Positions 9,041 through 21,124 are shown, numbered from the whole stretch's first letter. The stretch: DNA of 62,347 bases, filler included, from Deltaproteobacteria bacterium (GCA_030698575.1; 9 parts of 9 records of this genome joined end to end with filler, not necessarily neighbours in it); one strand, 5' to 3'. Notes: generated by a model not told the origin, from the letters alone. Numbers and translations: made by a program.

Positions 9041-10096
9041 ATGAACCGGCTGTCCTTCCCCCCCCTCCTGCTCTGCGCGGTCGCACTCCTGGCTGCGGCT
9101 GTGACCGCCGCAGGCGAAGGCCGGGTCTTTGTGAGATCGCGGTATCTGATGGGAACGGCGGTGGAGATCAAGGCGCGTGGCGCGGACGCCGCCGAGACCC
9201 AGGGCGCCATCAACGCCGCCTTCGACGAAATTGCCCGGCTCGAAGCGCTCATGACCACCTGGAGCGCGGACAGCGACGTCAGCCGGGTGAACGCGATGGC
9301 GGGCCGGGCGCCCGTACGGGTGGCGCCGGAGGTGATCGAGGTCGTCGAGCACGCCCTCGGCGTCTCCCGGCTTACCGGCGGCGCTTTCGACATCACAATC
9401 GAGCCGCTCGTTCAGCTCTGGGGGATCGACGGCGATGGAAAGGCAAAGGTTCCTGCGAAGAAGGAGATTGACGCGGCGCTGGGGCGCGTCGGCTACCGCC
9501 ACGTGCACGTGGACCGGGGCGAGGGGACGATCTTCCTCGACGAGGCCGGTGTCCGGATCGGGCTCGGAGGGGTGGCCAAGGGCTACGCGGCGGAGCGCGC
9601 GCGGGGCGTTTTGAAGGCGCGGGGTGTGCGCTCGGCGATCGTCAATGCCGGCGGGGACATGGCGATGCTGGGAAAAGACGGCGACCGGCCCTGGCGCGTG
9701 GACATCAGGGACCCGCGCGAGCCCGGCGGCACGATGGGATGGCTGCAGCTCGAGAACCGGACCGTGCATACGTCAGGCGATTACGAGCGGTTCAGGGTCA
9801 TCAAGGGCAAGCGGTACCATCACATCCTGAGCCCGCTCACGGGCTATCCCGCCCGGCGCTCGCAGGCGGTCACGATCGTGAGCCGCGACGGCGCGCTTGG
9901 CGACGCGCTTTCCACCGGCGTTCTCGTGCTGGGACCGGAGGAAGGAATCAAGTTGATCGAATCGCTCGACGGTGTGGCGGTGCTCGTCGTGGACAACGGG
10001 GGAAAGCTTCATATGTCTGGCGCGATGCGCAAACGATTTCACCCGGCGCCCCTGCCCGAGCGAAGGCGGGAGAGTGTTGCGCCGTCACTTTCTTGA
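9041..10096 (+). CDS. apbE: FAD:protein FMN transferase
   Basis: LMGT, GAFDITI.PL..LWG, GGVAKGYA, NAGGD, TSGDYER, HHILSPLTGYP. Confidence 0.95.
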   Translation: MNRLSFPPLLLCAVALLAAAVTAAGEGRVFVRSRYLMGTAVEIKARGADAAETQGAINAAFDEIARLEALMTTWSADSDVSRVNAMAGRAPVRVAPEVIEVVEHALGVSRLTGGAFDITIEPLVQLWGIDGDGKAKVPAKKEIDAALGRVGYRHVHVDRGEGTIFLDEAGVRIGLGGVAKGYAAERARGVLKARGVRSAIVNAGGDMAMLGKDGDRPWRVDIRDPREPGGTMGWLQLENRTVHTSGDYERFRVIKGKRYHHILSPLTGYPARRSQAVTIVSRDGALGDALSTGVLVLGPEEGIKLIESLDGVAVLVVDNGGKLHMSGAMRKRFHPAPLPERRRESVAPSLS

Positions 10097-10557
10097 CGAC
10101 AGTGTCGCGCAATGTACAGGATTCAACGGGTCCGGACGTCCAGGGAGACCTCATGAAAGGACGGCTTGTGCGAGGTGGTGCACAAATTGTGGTCGCTATC
10201 CGTCCTGAAGTCGGGATTCCGGGGAATTCGGCGGCGCTCGGGAGTCGTGCAAACGACGCTGTCGCACGCGGGGCTACACCTCATATTGACAGGCAAGGGG
10301 CCTGTGTTAGAGTTGAGACAAAGCGCCTCTGGTGCGTAGAAAAGGTTATAAATTGGGAAAAGATTTGCCTTTAGAGCCCGCTCGTCCGATAGAAAGGCCG
10401 AGCGGGTCGGCGTCAGTGGGGCAGGTGCCAAAAGTTGGCTCAACGGGGGGCGAATCTACCCCGGTCAACGAATACTCCTGCGCCTCAGCCTTCTTCCGTG
10501 GTAGCGGACGCCTCAAAGCAGCGGACGTATTCGGCCATGTGCCGGATGGCTCCGCGC

Positions 10558-10574
10558 TTGGCACAACGCTTGCA
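10558..10574 (+). promoter_or_regulatory. Putative sigma54 promoter with no adjacent gene
   Basis: TTGGCACAACGCTTGCA, near-perfect -24/-12 consensus. Confidence 0.55.
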
Positions 10575-10590
10575 CACTCAAGTCCCTGAG

Positions 10591-10992
10591 TCAGGACCTC
10601 GATGAGTTAACAAGTTCCGCGAGGGGGACCCGTTCGAAGCCCCACGCGTCGCCCGGCAGTCGGAGGGCGCTCATCGAGCGAGCACGAAGGGCACGAGAGG
10701 AAACTCCAGGGCGGCCGGCAGGCTCCGACGAGTAGTCATCCGGACAGGGCGCAGTGCAGGGACGGTCGCCGGGGCACAGTCGGTTGAAGAGGCTAGAGGG
10801 GATATCGAGCACGGAGACTTCGTTCACGCACCCGGAGGGGTAGCGCCGCAGCAAGACATAGCCTCCGGTCCAAACGAGGAGTCCAAACCTGGTGGGTGAC
10901 CACCAGTCCTCGGAGGAGAGCCAAAAGTCATGGGCACGCGTCTTGAAAAGCTCCTCAGTGAATTCGAAACCCTGAAGCGCCGGTACGAGATT
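10591..10992 (-). CDS. Hypothetical protein, 5'-truncated at the contig end
   Basis: Frame stays open from the contig edge (NLVPALQGFEFTEELFKTRAHDFWLSSEDWWSPTRFG...) to the stop at 10591; no recognised motif. Confidence 0.3.
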   Translation of the reverse strand, partial: NLVPALQGFEFTEELFKTRAHDFWLSSEDWWSPTRFGLLVWTGGYVLLRRYPSGCVNEVSVLDIPSSLFNRLCPGDRPCTAPCPDDYSSEPAGRPGVSSRALRARSMSALRLPGDAWGFERVPLAELVNSSRS

Positions 10993-10993
10993 A

Positions 10994-11093
10994 NNNNNNN
11001 NNNNNNNNNNNNNNNNNNNNNNNNNNNNNNNNNNNNNTTAATTAATTAANNNNNNNNNNNNNNNNNNNNNNNNNNNNNNNNNNNNNNNNNNNN
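10994..11093. other. Artificial contig spacer
   Basis: N44-TTAATTAATTAA-N44. The same spacer occurs at 18154, 22656, 27537, 35517, 41017, 44202 and 58837 (100 bp each). Confidence 0.99.
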
Positions 11094-14000
11094 ATCATCG
11101 TAGTCGTAGTCGAACCCGCCCAGACCCCCGATAGTGGCCGTATCCAGCCGGTCGAGCCGGTCGTAGGCGTAGGTCTTGCTCTTCCCGGCATCGAGCGTGT
11201 CGGTGATGGTGGTGATATTCCCCGTCTCATCGAACGTGTAATCGAGCGAGAGCACCGGGGAACCTGTCGGGGGCGCCACCGAGAGAAGATCGAGCTGCCC
11301 GCCCCCGTCGTAGCTCCGCGTCTCGGCGAGGCCGTTCCCGTAGGTGAGCCCCGTCAGGGGGCCCAATGGATCGTAGGTGAGCCCCGACGCCAGGCTCGTG
11401 TTCGTCCCCTGGTAGTTCATCGCGACATCGGTGACGCGGTCGTTCAGGTCATAGGCGTAGCTCGCGACCCGTCCCGAGGGGTACGTCATGGTCAGCAGAT
11501 TGCCGTTCTCGTCCCAGGTGTAGGCGAGAGAGAGCGTCACGCCGTCCTGCACGCGGGTCTCCCCGGCGAGATTACCCCGCGCGTCGTAGGAGAAGTAGGT
11601 CGTCCCCGAGGCGTCCGAGATCTGCACGAGCCGCCCCTTGCCGTAGGTCAGCGGCAGCGGGCCGTCGGAGCGCGCGTCGTAGGTGTAGGTGACGTTCTGC
11701 GTGGGGTCGGAAGGGAAGGTGAGTTGCGTCAGCCGGCTCGCGGCGTCGTAGGTGTACTGCGTCTCGACGTCCGAGGCGGGGTTCTCGGCGAGATCGGTCT
11801 CGATCTTCTTCAGCACGTTGCCCGCCGCGTCGTACTCGAAGCGAGTCACTTGCGTGTCGGGCGAGATGACCTTGAGCAGCCTCCCCAGGTCGTCGTAGGC
11901 GTAGCCGGTCGTGTTTCCCCGGGCGTCGGTCACCGAGATCAGGTTGTCGTTCCGGTCGTAGGCGTACTGGGTGTTGATCTCGACAAGACTGGGCTGGGTC
12001 TCGGTCGCCTGGAACACCTCCGTCAGGCGCGAGAGGGCGTCGTAGGCGAAGCGGCTCTGGCGCTGGAGGGTCACAGCCCCGTCGAAGACCTGCACCTTCG
12101 TGCGGTTGTTGTCGGTGTCGTATTCAAACGAGGTGTTCGCGCCCGCAATGACGGGGTGCTGGGCCTGTTCTAGGCGGTTCAGCGCGTCGTAGACGAAGTC
12201 CCGCATGCGCGAGAGGCCGCCCGCCGCGTCGAAGACCTCGGTCTTGAGAAGGTTCCCCTCGTCGTCGTACGTATAGTGCACGCGCTCGCCCGGGGGCAGC
12301 GCCGGCGGGGCGGGCGGCGTGGTGGAAGTGCGCGTGATGTCCGTGAGCCTTCCCGCATCGTCGTAGGCGTAATCGATGAAGTTCCCCCGGGGGAGTTTCA
12401 CGTAGTCCACCCGCCCCAGGCCGTCGTAGACGTACTCGGTCTTCTTCCCCGGAAACCCGGGCACCGTCACGCTCGTCACCCGCCCGAAGGCGTCGTAGCT
12501 GAGGTCGGTGGCGACCCCGTTCGGGTCGATGATGCGGCCGGGGATGAGAAAGTAGTCGTTGTAGTTCGCGAGCGGCAATTGCGTCGTGCCGACCACCGGC
12601 TGAATGACGGCGGTCGCGCGCCCCGCCGTGAGGGGATCGTTGTGCTCGACGGTCGTGCGATCCCCGGTGCCCGGAAGCGGACCGTCCACGGTCTCGAGCT
12701 GGTTCTGGGCGTTGTAGCCGAATTTCGTCAGCGTCACGAAGTGGACGAGCGCCCCTAAAGCGTCCCGCGTCCAGCCGATCTCAATCTGACGGAGGAGGAG
12801 ACTCTCGATCTCGTTCGGATCGTTGAAGTCCGCAGGCGTCAGGGTCGGGTCGCCGAGGACCGTGGCGTCGTTCTTATAGTTGGGTCCGCCTGGCGGCTCG
12901 TAGTCGAAGATCGTGTAGGCCACCCCGCTTAAATTCACGACGCTCGGGCGCTCGATCGAAAGGGGCGTCCGGAGCACGGGATGGTAGGTCACGGGCGTCG
13001 TCCGTGCGAGGGCGGTTCCGGGCGCCTCGACAACGGTTTGGGGATTGCCCCGGGTGTCGAAGTTCGAGAAATCGGTCTCGCGCCCCTCGCGGCTCACCAG
13101 GGCCGTGACCCGCCCGTTCGCGTCCTTCTCCGTGCTCTCTGTGCTTCCGACCCCGCAGGTGCCACAGGCGTCTCCGGTCACCGTGAAGGTTTCCTCGCCC
13201 GTCATCCCATCGTGGGTGAGGTCGTAGGTGACCGTGCCCGCCGGGGTCCGGGTGTTCGTCACGGTGGCCGTGGTTCCGGCGTAGCCCACCGTGACCTTTC
13301 CGGCCCCGTTTGCGCGGCTCGACAGAATAGCGCGGTCGACTGTGTCGTAAGAGAAGACCGCAAAGACCTCGCCGTCTGGGTCGACGATGCGCGTCAAGTT
13401 GTGGAGGTCGCCACCGTTCGAGGTGTTGTGCGGGGGCCCCTCGCTTTCGTAAATGAATTGCCAGGACTTCGAGTCGGGCTGCGTGATCGACGCGAGGTTC
13501 CCGTCGTCGTCATAGTCCAGCGTCCAGGGCGATCCGGCCTCCTGCACGCGGATGGCTTGAAGCTTTCCCGCCTTCTTGCCCGCTTCGCCGGATGCAAAGG
13601 GGAAGTAGTCGAAACGAACGCGCTGGTTGACGAATTTGATTCGCGAAACCCTGGACGGATGATTCAGGTCGTAGGAAAAAGATATCGGGAATGCTTCTCC
13701 GGCCTTTCTCTCGCGAAGCGTCAGGCGGCCATTCGCGTCAAAGGTGTAGGTCCAGCCATCCTCGCCCACGAGCGTCCACGTCGTGCTCTGCTTGGTGAGG
13801 AGGCCAAAATTGGCCTCTTCACCGGCCCAGGTCGCGCCACTATCCGTTGAGGTGAAAAACCGCCGCGAGCCATCTTTCCACTGAACCGCCACCTTCCAGA
13901 CGCCCCCGGCGTTCAGGAAGGTCTGGAGGTTCATCGCCCAGGGGTGGCTCCACCCCAGACCCATCCCCACATCCACATCCGAGCGCGAGCGGTAGGTCAG

Positions 14001-14987
14001 GGGAACCGAAACGTCTACGTCGAATTGCCGGGCTGACAGCGTCGGAATGGTTTCAACGTTTTTCCCGAGGATGACGTTAATCGGGTTTCCAGCGCTCGCC
14101 GCGCAGTCTTCGATGCCGCAGCCCAGATCCGCAATGCCGGACGCGTTGCCCGCTTCCCCCGAGCACTCCACTTTCGAGCAGGCATCTCCCCCCTCCACGC
14201 CGTCGGTGTCGGTCTGGGAGGCGTTGGCGACGGTGGGGCAGTTGTCCGTACAGTTGGCCACGCCGTCGCCGTCCGCGTCGGCGTCGTCGGCGAGGCCGTT
14301 GCAGTCGTTGTCCACACCGTCGCAGGCTTCCGTGTTCCCGGGGAATCGCAAGGGGTCGCGATCATCGCAATCCCCTGCACAGGCGGTCACGCCGTCCTTG
14401 TCCAGGTCGCTCTTGAGCCCCACCGTCGGATCGCCGTCGTCGCAGTCCAGGCACACCGGGACCCCGTCCAGGTCCGCGTCGTCCGTGCAGCAACCCGTGT
14501 CGATGACCTTCAGATTGCCCACGTACCCGTCGCCCAACACATTGGCAGACACCGCGTCGATGGCCTGCTGGCAGGTTGAATCGAAACTCGTCCCGTCGGG
14601 CAGCGCACCGCCGCAGTTCTCATAGTTGTTTCGATTGGCCGAATAGCCCCCCGTCTGCGTCGACAACAGGTTGCCCGCGCAGTCGTAGTTCTTCACGTCC
14701 GCCCGGGCGTCGCAAGAGTAACTTCTCGCGTAGGGGGCCTCACAGAAGTTGCAGGTGTCCGCGTTCGTGGAGCAGCAGCCGTAACAGAGTTGATAGCAGG
14801 GATTGGGGTTCCAGCAGCCCCCCACCCGTAGGGACTCGTAGGGCTCGGTGACGACCTTGAAGGCGACTTGCCCACGAGCCGGAGTGGGAGCTAGGCCAGC
14901 TATCAGGAGAGCCGTTGACGCGATCGCGATGCGGAGGAGCTTTCGAGTGCTCATCGAACACCTGACCAGCATGCGGAGGCGCCTCAT
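11094..14987 (-). CDS. Secreted RHS/YD-repeat protein with Cys-rich N-terminus, MopE-like and thrombospondin type 3 motifs and DUF6531-like domain; 3'-truncated
   Basis: Signal peptide ..TPARG; DCDDRDPLRFPGNTEACDGVDNDCNG; DGDGVANCTDNCPTVAN; GNPINVILG...GLGWSH; many YDxxGR repeats; start may be 14954. Confidence 0.9.
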
Positions 14988-15140
14988 ACGGCGCTTCTCA
15001 GCACGCGGGGGGTCAGTCAGGGAGATTTCCCTGGGCCGCGAGCTTCACGGGGGAGTTCGAGCGGGGCCGGGGGGCCCGGTCATCCGGGTCAAAGGAGATA
15101 AAACCATGACCCCCGATGCCAACACCCTTGCGATGTCCCA

Positions 15141-15169
15141 GCTGTACGGGGGCGAACCGACAAAGTCAA
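15141..15169 (-). promoter_or_regulatory. Possible sigma70 promoter for the RHS gene
   Basis: TTGACT-N17-TACAGC on the minus strand. Confidence 0.35.
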
Positions 15170-15277
15170 GGAGCGGCCACGGAAAGGGGGCGAAACTGGA
15201 TCGAGGGACAGGCGCTAGCTGCTCGACTTTTCCGGGGCAGGTGGTACGAGGCAGACCCGACATGTCCGGTCGGTTAA

Positions 15278-15547
15278 TCACCGTGGACGGTGTACGCAGG
15301 AGCAGGGAGGTTCGTAGCCCAGAAACGCGATGATTCTCATCCAGTAACGCAGCGGTGGCTCTGTCCGCCCCCGCTCCCAGTTGGCGGCCGTCAGCGGATG
15401 AACGCCCAGTTGGCGGCCGACCTCCATCTGGAGCAACCCGAGCTCCAGCCTCCGCTTCCTCAGGTGGTCCCCCCAGGTCCGGAGTTCCCTCGGGTAAGCC
15501 AAATCTGCTGGTTTTTCGGCCCTAAACCGCAGGTAGCAGAAAGGCAA
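15278..15547 (-). CDS. XRE-family HTH protein
   Basis: GDHLRKRRLELGLLQMEVGRQLGV...NWERGRTEP; starts immediately at the comM junction. Confidence 0.85.
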   Translation of the reverse strand: MPFCYLRFRAEKPADLAYPRELRTWGDHLRKRRLELGLLQMEVGRQLGVHPLTAANWERGRTEPPLRYWMRIIAFLGYEPPCSCVHRPR

Positions 15548-15565
15548 CGCAGGGGTGCCCCTGCG
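15548..15565. mobile_element. Putative att junction of a comM-integrating element
   Basis: CGCAGGGG-TG-CCCCTGCG perfect inverted repeat exactly where comM homology begins. Confidence 0.7.
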
Positions 15566-16032
15566 GCTACCTGGGTGATCCGCGCCACACTTGTGCGTGT
15601 AGCGCCGAAGAGATCCGGCGTTATCGTTCGCGTATCTCGGGACCCTTACTGGATCGAATCGATCTGCATGTCGAGATGAGTGCCGTGCCGTGGAAGGAGT
15701 TGACGGCGGATCGCGCGGGAGAATCGTCCGCGAACGTGCGGGCGCGCGTGGAGGCGGCGCGCGACACGCAGCGCGCGCGGTTTGCCGGGCGGACGTTCGC
15801 CTTCAACGCCGCCATGACGACGCGCGAGGTGAAGCGCCACTGCCACCCGCAGCCCGACGCGATGGTGTTGCTCGAGCGGGCGCTGGAGCGGCTCGGGTTG
15901 TCGGCGCGCGCTTACATTCGCATTTTGAAGGTGGCGCGGACGATCGCGGATCTGGAAGGATCGAAGGGCATTCGGACGCCGCACGTGGCCGAGGCCATCC
16001 AGTACCGGTCGCTGGACCGGGCGATCCCGTAG
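15556..16032 (+). pseudogene. comM: 3' fragment of ComM (YifB family Mg-chelatase-like ATPase)
   Basis: CPCGYLGDPRHTCAC...RYRSRISGPLLDRIDLHVE...LSARAYIRILKVARTIADL...HVAEAIQYR; upstream reads TAGSRKATQG with in-frame TAA at 15523 instead of AAMNP. Confidence 0.92.
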
Positions 16033-16122
16033 CCCTCTCCTCAGGGGCCATAAGTCAACAAGTTAAGTCCACCCCATCTAACTCAACCCTGTGTGCACAA
16101 AAGTGGGTGAAGGCCATCTCGT

Positions 16123-18153
<2,031 letters not shown>

Positions 18154-18253
18154 NNNNNNNNNNNNNNNNNNNNNNNNNNNNNNNNNNNNNNNNNNNNTTA
18201 ATTAATTAANNNNNNNNNNNNNNNNNNNNNNNNNNNNNNNNNNNNNNNNNNNN

Positions 18254-18296
18254 ATGTCATTGCGAGGAGGGCCGGAGGCCCGACGAAGCAATCTCC
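18254..18296 (+). repeat. Palindromic REP/RPE-like repeat (GTCATTGCGAG...CGAAGCAATC family)
   Basis: ATGTCATTGCGAGG-hairpin-CGAAGCAATCTC; a second copy lies at 27039-27122. Confidence 0.7.
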
Positions 18297-18718
18297 CCGC
18301 CGTCGGCCCACCAGCCGGGACGGCTGAGCACGATCAGAATGATCGTCGGGATATAGACGAGCGGGATGTCTTCAATAAGGTGATGGCTGTCGAGGCGCCC
18401 CGCCCACACGTCGTAGAGATGGATGATCGAGTGCAGCACGTACCAGCAGCCGATGCCGATCACCACGCCGCGATGGCGCTGCGCGTTTCGCGCGGTCGCG
18501 AAGAACACCGCCGCCATCGTCACGAAGGCCGCGCCCAGGTCACGCACGAAGTGAAGGTTGAGAGGCCCCGTGTCGGGCACCCCCGCCGGCAGATCGTGAT
18601 ACCAGCCCTCCGGCCAGAAGAGCATCCAGAGGCCGTTGGCCAGGTTGCCGAGGCCCAGGATCCAGAATGCGGCCGGCATCCACGACGCTCCGGCGCCACC
18701 ACTTGCTTGCCTGCTCAT
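18257..18718 (-). CDS. Conserved small membrane protein
   Basis: About 4 hydrophobic helices; NGLWML.WP..WY...GP.N.HFVRDLG motif; start overlaps the MocR stop. Confidence 0.75.
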   Translation of the reverse strand: MSRQASGGAGASWMPAAFWILGLGNLANGLWMLFWPEGWYHDLPAGVPDTGPLNLHFVRDLGAAFVTMAAVFFATARNAQRHRGVVIGIGCWYVLHSIIHLYDVWAGRLDSHHLIEDIPLVYIPTIILIVLSRPGWWADGGEIASSGLRPSSQ

Positions 18719-20244
18719 CGCTCGGACCTCCTGCGGGGACGCGCGCGCTGTCGGTGCAGGATCTCTCCCAGCCGCGCCACGCCCGCGCCTATCGCTTCCG
18801 GTGTCATATTGGTGAAAGAAAGGGCGAGGTTCTCCCGCCCCTGCCCGTCGAAGTGAAATACCTCGCCGGGCGTGTACTCGATCCCCGCCGCAAACGCCGC
18901 CTCGAAGAGCCCGTCCGGGTCGGTTCCGGCCGGAAGCGTCACCCAGACGAGGTGGCCGCCGGGCGGGCGGCTCCAGCGCGCGCCGTCGGGCATCGACGCT
19001 TCGAGAGCGGCAAGCATCGCGGCCAGCCGCTCGCTGTAAAGTTTTCGCATGCGGCGGACGTGCCGGTCGAGCGCGCCGGAGTCGAGAAGCTCCGCGAGGG
19101 CGGCCTGGGGCACGACGGAGGGCTGTGCGTCGGCCACCCAGCGCGAGAGCACCAGCTTGTTCAGAAGCGCGGGCGCGGCGACCAGATAGCCGAGACGAAG
19201 CGACGGGAAGATGATCTTCGAGAAGGTTCCCACATAGATGACGCGCCCCGCCGGATCCTGCCCCTTCAGCGCCGTGATTGGCGGCCCCTCGTAGCGCAGT
19301 TCACTGTCGTAGTCGTCCTCCACGATCGGCACTTCGTGCTCGTCGGAAAGCGCCAGAAGCTCCTGCCTTCGCCGCTCGCTCATCGTCACCGACGTGGGGC
19401 AGTGCGCCGAAGGTGTCACGCAGACGAGCTTCACCCGCCGGCCCCGCAGCACCCGCTCGAGGCGGTCCGTGCGAAGCCCGTCCTCATCGACCGGCACGCC
19501 GACGAGATTCGCCCCCGCGGCGCCGAAGGCCAGCGTTGCGCCGAAGTAGCCCGGCTGCTCGACGACGACCGTGTCGCCGGGATCAAGGAGGACGCGCGCG
19601 AGCAAGTCGATGGCCTGCTGTGATCCATTGACCACCAGCACGTCGTCGGCGCCGCACGCGATGCCGCGCGTCACCAGGTGCTGCGCGATAGCGCGACGGA
19701 GCGGCGCGTAACCGCGGGGCTCGTGGAGGTTGGCCAGCTCGGGCAGGCGGTATGAAACGATGCGGTCGAAGGCGCGGCGAAGATCCTTTTCAGGGAGCGC
19801 GTCGGCGGCGACCTGGCCGCCTCGGAAGGAATACTCGACCGGGTGGGTGCGCGCCGCGTCGCCGAGGCGGCGGAAGCCCGGCGGGAGTGAGAGATCGCGC
19901 ACGCGATGCGCGAAGAGCCCCTCCCACACGAACTCGTCCGTCTCAGGGCCGCTCGCGGCCGGTCTGTCGGGCAGCCCGCGCGGCGGGCGGCGGGCCACGA
20001 AGGTCCCCTGCCCCACGTGCGCCGTGAGATAGCCCTCGCCCACCAGATCCTGATAGGCGCGGCTCACGGTGTTTCGATGAAGGCCGAGCGCCGCGGAAAG
20101 CTCTCGCGTGGCGGGAAGCTTCACGCCCGGGCCGAGGCGCCCGCGATCGATCAGGGCACGAAGTGCATCGCCGAGCTGGCGGTAGACGGGGAGCGCGGAG
20201 GCGCGGTCGGGGACGAAGGCAAGCTCTATCATCCCCTCGAGCAT
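18715..20244 (-). CDS. MocR/GabR family PLP-dependent GntR regulator
   Basis: wHTH KLPATRELSAALGLHRNTV; NGSQQA, EDDYDSE, GTFSK..FPSLRLGY. Confidence 0.95.
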   Translation of the reverse strand: MLEGMIELAFVPDRASALPVYRQLGDALRALIDRGRLGPGVKLPATRELSAALGLHRNTVSRAYQDLVGEGYLTAHVGQGTFVARRPPRGLPDRPAASGPETDEFVWEGLFAHRVRDLSLPPGFRRLGDAARTHPVEYSFRGGQVAADALPEKDLRRAFDRIVSYRLPELANLHEPRGYAPLRRAIAQHLVTRGIACGADDVLVVNGSQQAIDLLARVLLDPGDTVVVEQPGYFGATLAFGAAGANLVGVPVDEDGLRTDRLERVLRGRRVKLVCVTPSAHCPTSVTMSERRRQELLALSDEHEVPIVEDDYDSELRYEGPPITALKGQDPAGRVIYVGTFSKIIFPSLRLGYLVAAPALLNKLVLSRWVADAQPSVVPQAALAELLDSGALDRHVRRMRKLYSERLAAMLAALEASMPDGARWSRPPGGHLVWVTLPAGTDPDGLFEAAFAAGIEYTPGEVFHFDGQGRENLALSFTNMTPEAIGAGVARLGEILHRQRARPRRRSER

Positions 20245-20250
20245 ACGCTA

Positions 20251-20300
20251 GGCCAATCGGCCTTCAAAGTGCCAATTTTACTCTTTTAAGAGGTGCCAAT
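20251..20300 (-). promoter_or_regulatory. Candidate MocR autoregulatory repeats
   Basis: GCCAAT three times (GTGCCAAT at 20269 and 20293) around an AT-rich spacer directly upstream of the MocR start. Confidence 0.5.
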
Positions 20301-20916
20301 ATGGCGAGGCCGGCCAGCCCGACGCCCAGAAGGGCCATCGAGCCCGGCTCGGGGATGGCCGTCTGGGTGGCGCGAATCTCGTAGGTGCCGCTGAAGTCGA
20401 AGGCAATCGGGGTCAGACCGAGCAGGAAGACCTGCGTGACCACGAGATGGACGCTCACAGAGGGGTCCGTGAGCGTCCCTGGCAAGGGCGGGAGCGGGGG
20501 CAGGATCGTTAACGTAGAAAGGGTGGAGGAGAAAAATCGAGCGTGTCCCCGACCACAACGCTCAGCCCGAAGATCGTTGTCGTGAAACTCGATGTGCCGA
20601 CCTCGAAATCAATGAGCGACATGTCCGCGGGAGCGTTGAAAGACCCTGACCAGACGTATGTGAACGGATTGATGACCAGGCTGAAGGCGCCGGGGCTGAT
20701 GGATGCGTAGTCGAGCCCCGGGACATCCTCGTCACCGGGCTCGAGGGTGAAGGTGGCCGTCGCGGTCGGAAGGTTGCCCGTGAAAATCGGCGCCAGGCGT
20801 GCGCGGCCTGAAATGGCGCCGCGCTCGATGACGACGCTCGTCGCCCAAGCGGCGTCCGCCGGCGCAAACGCCAGCGCGGCGCAGAAGAAAAGCATGGTCG
20901 CCGTGAAACCGCGCAT
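20264..20916 (-). pseudogene. PEP-CTERM protein, frameshifted
   Basis: Signal-peptide ORF 20509..20916 and the IPEPGSMALLGVGLAGL tail are in different frames; adding one base to the A5 run at 20532-20536 joins them. Confidence 0.75.
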
Positions 20917-21124
20917 GGGTGCCTGATCGCCCGGATCCCCGGGCGCGAAGGGCGTGGCGTTGAAGCGCTTGCTGAAGGGCCGTTGGAGTTAGTGGCAGAA
21001 CGGGGTGGCCGGTGTCCGAAGATTTTCAGAAATGAATGTAGCGATCCGCCGGATGGTGTATCAGGATGCCCGTTTGCAGAGAGTCCCGGAAAGGATGTGA
21101 CCTATTGCCTGGGGGAAGGCCGGT

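Noticed and set aside
6793-9396. 867-aa minus-strand ORF
   Set aside because: Antisense shadow of ftsK-lolA-yajQ-apbE in GC-rich DNA; no motifs
16040-16085. AT-rich segment resembling a dif or attC site
   Set aside because: The XerD arm does not match and the attC core sites are in the wrong order
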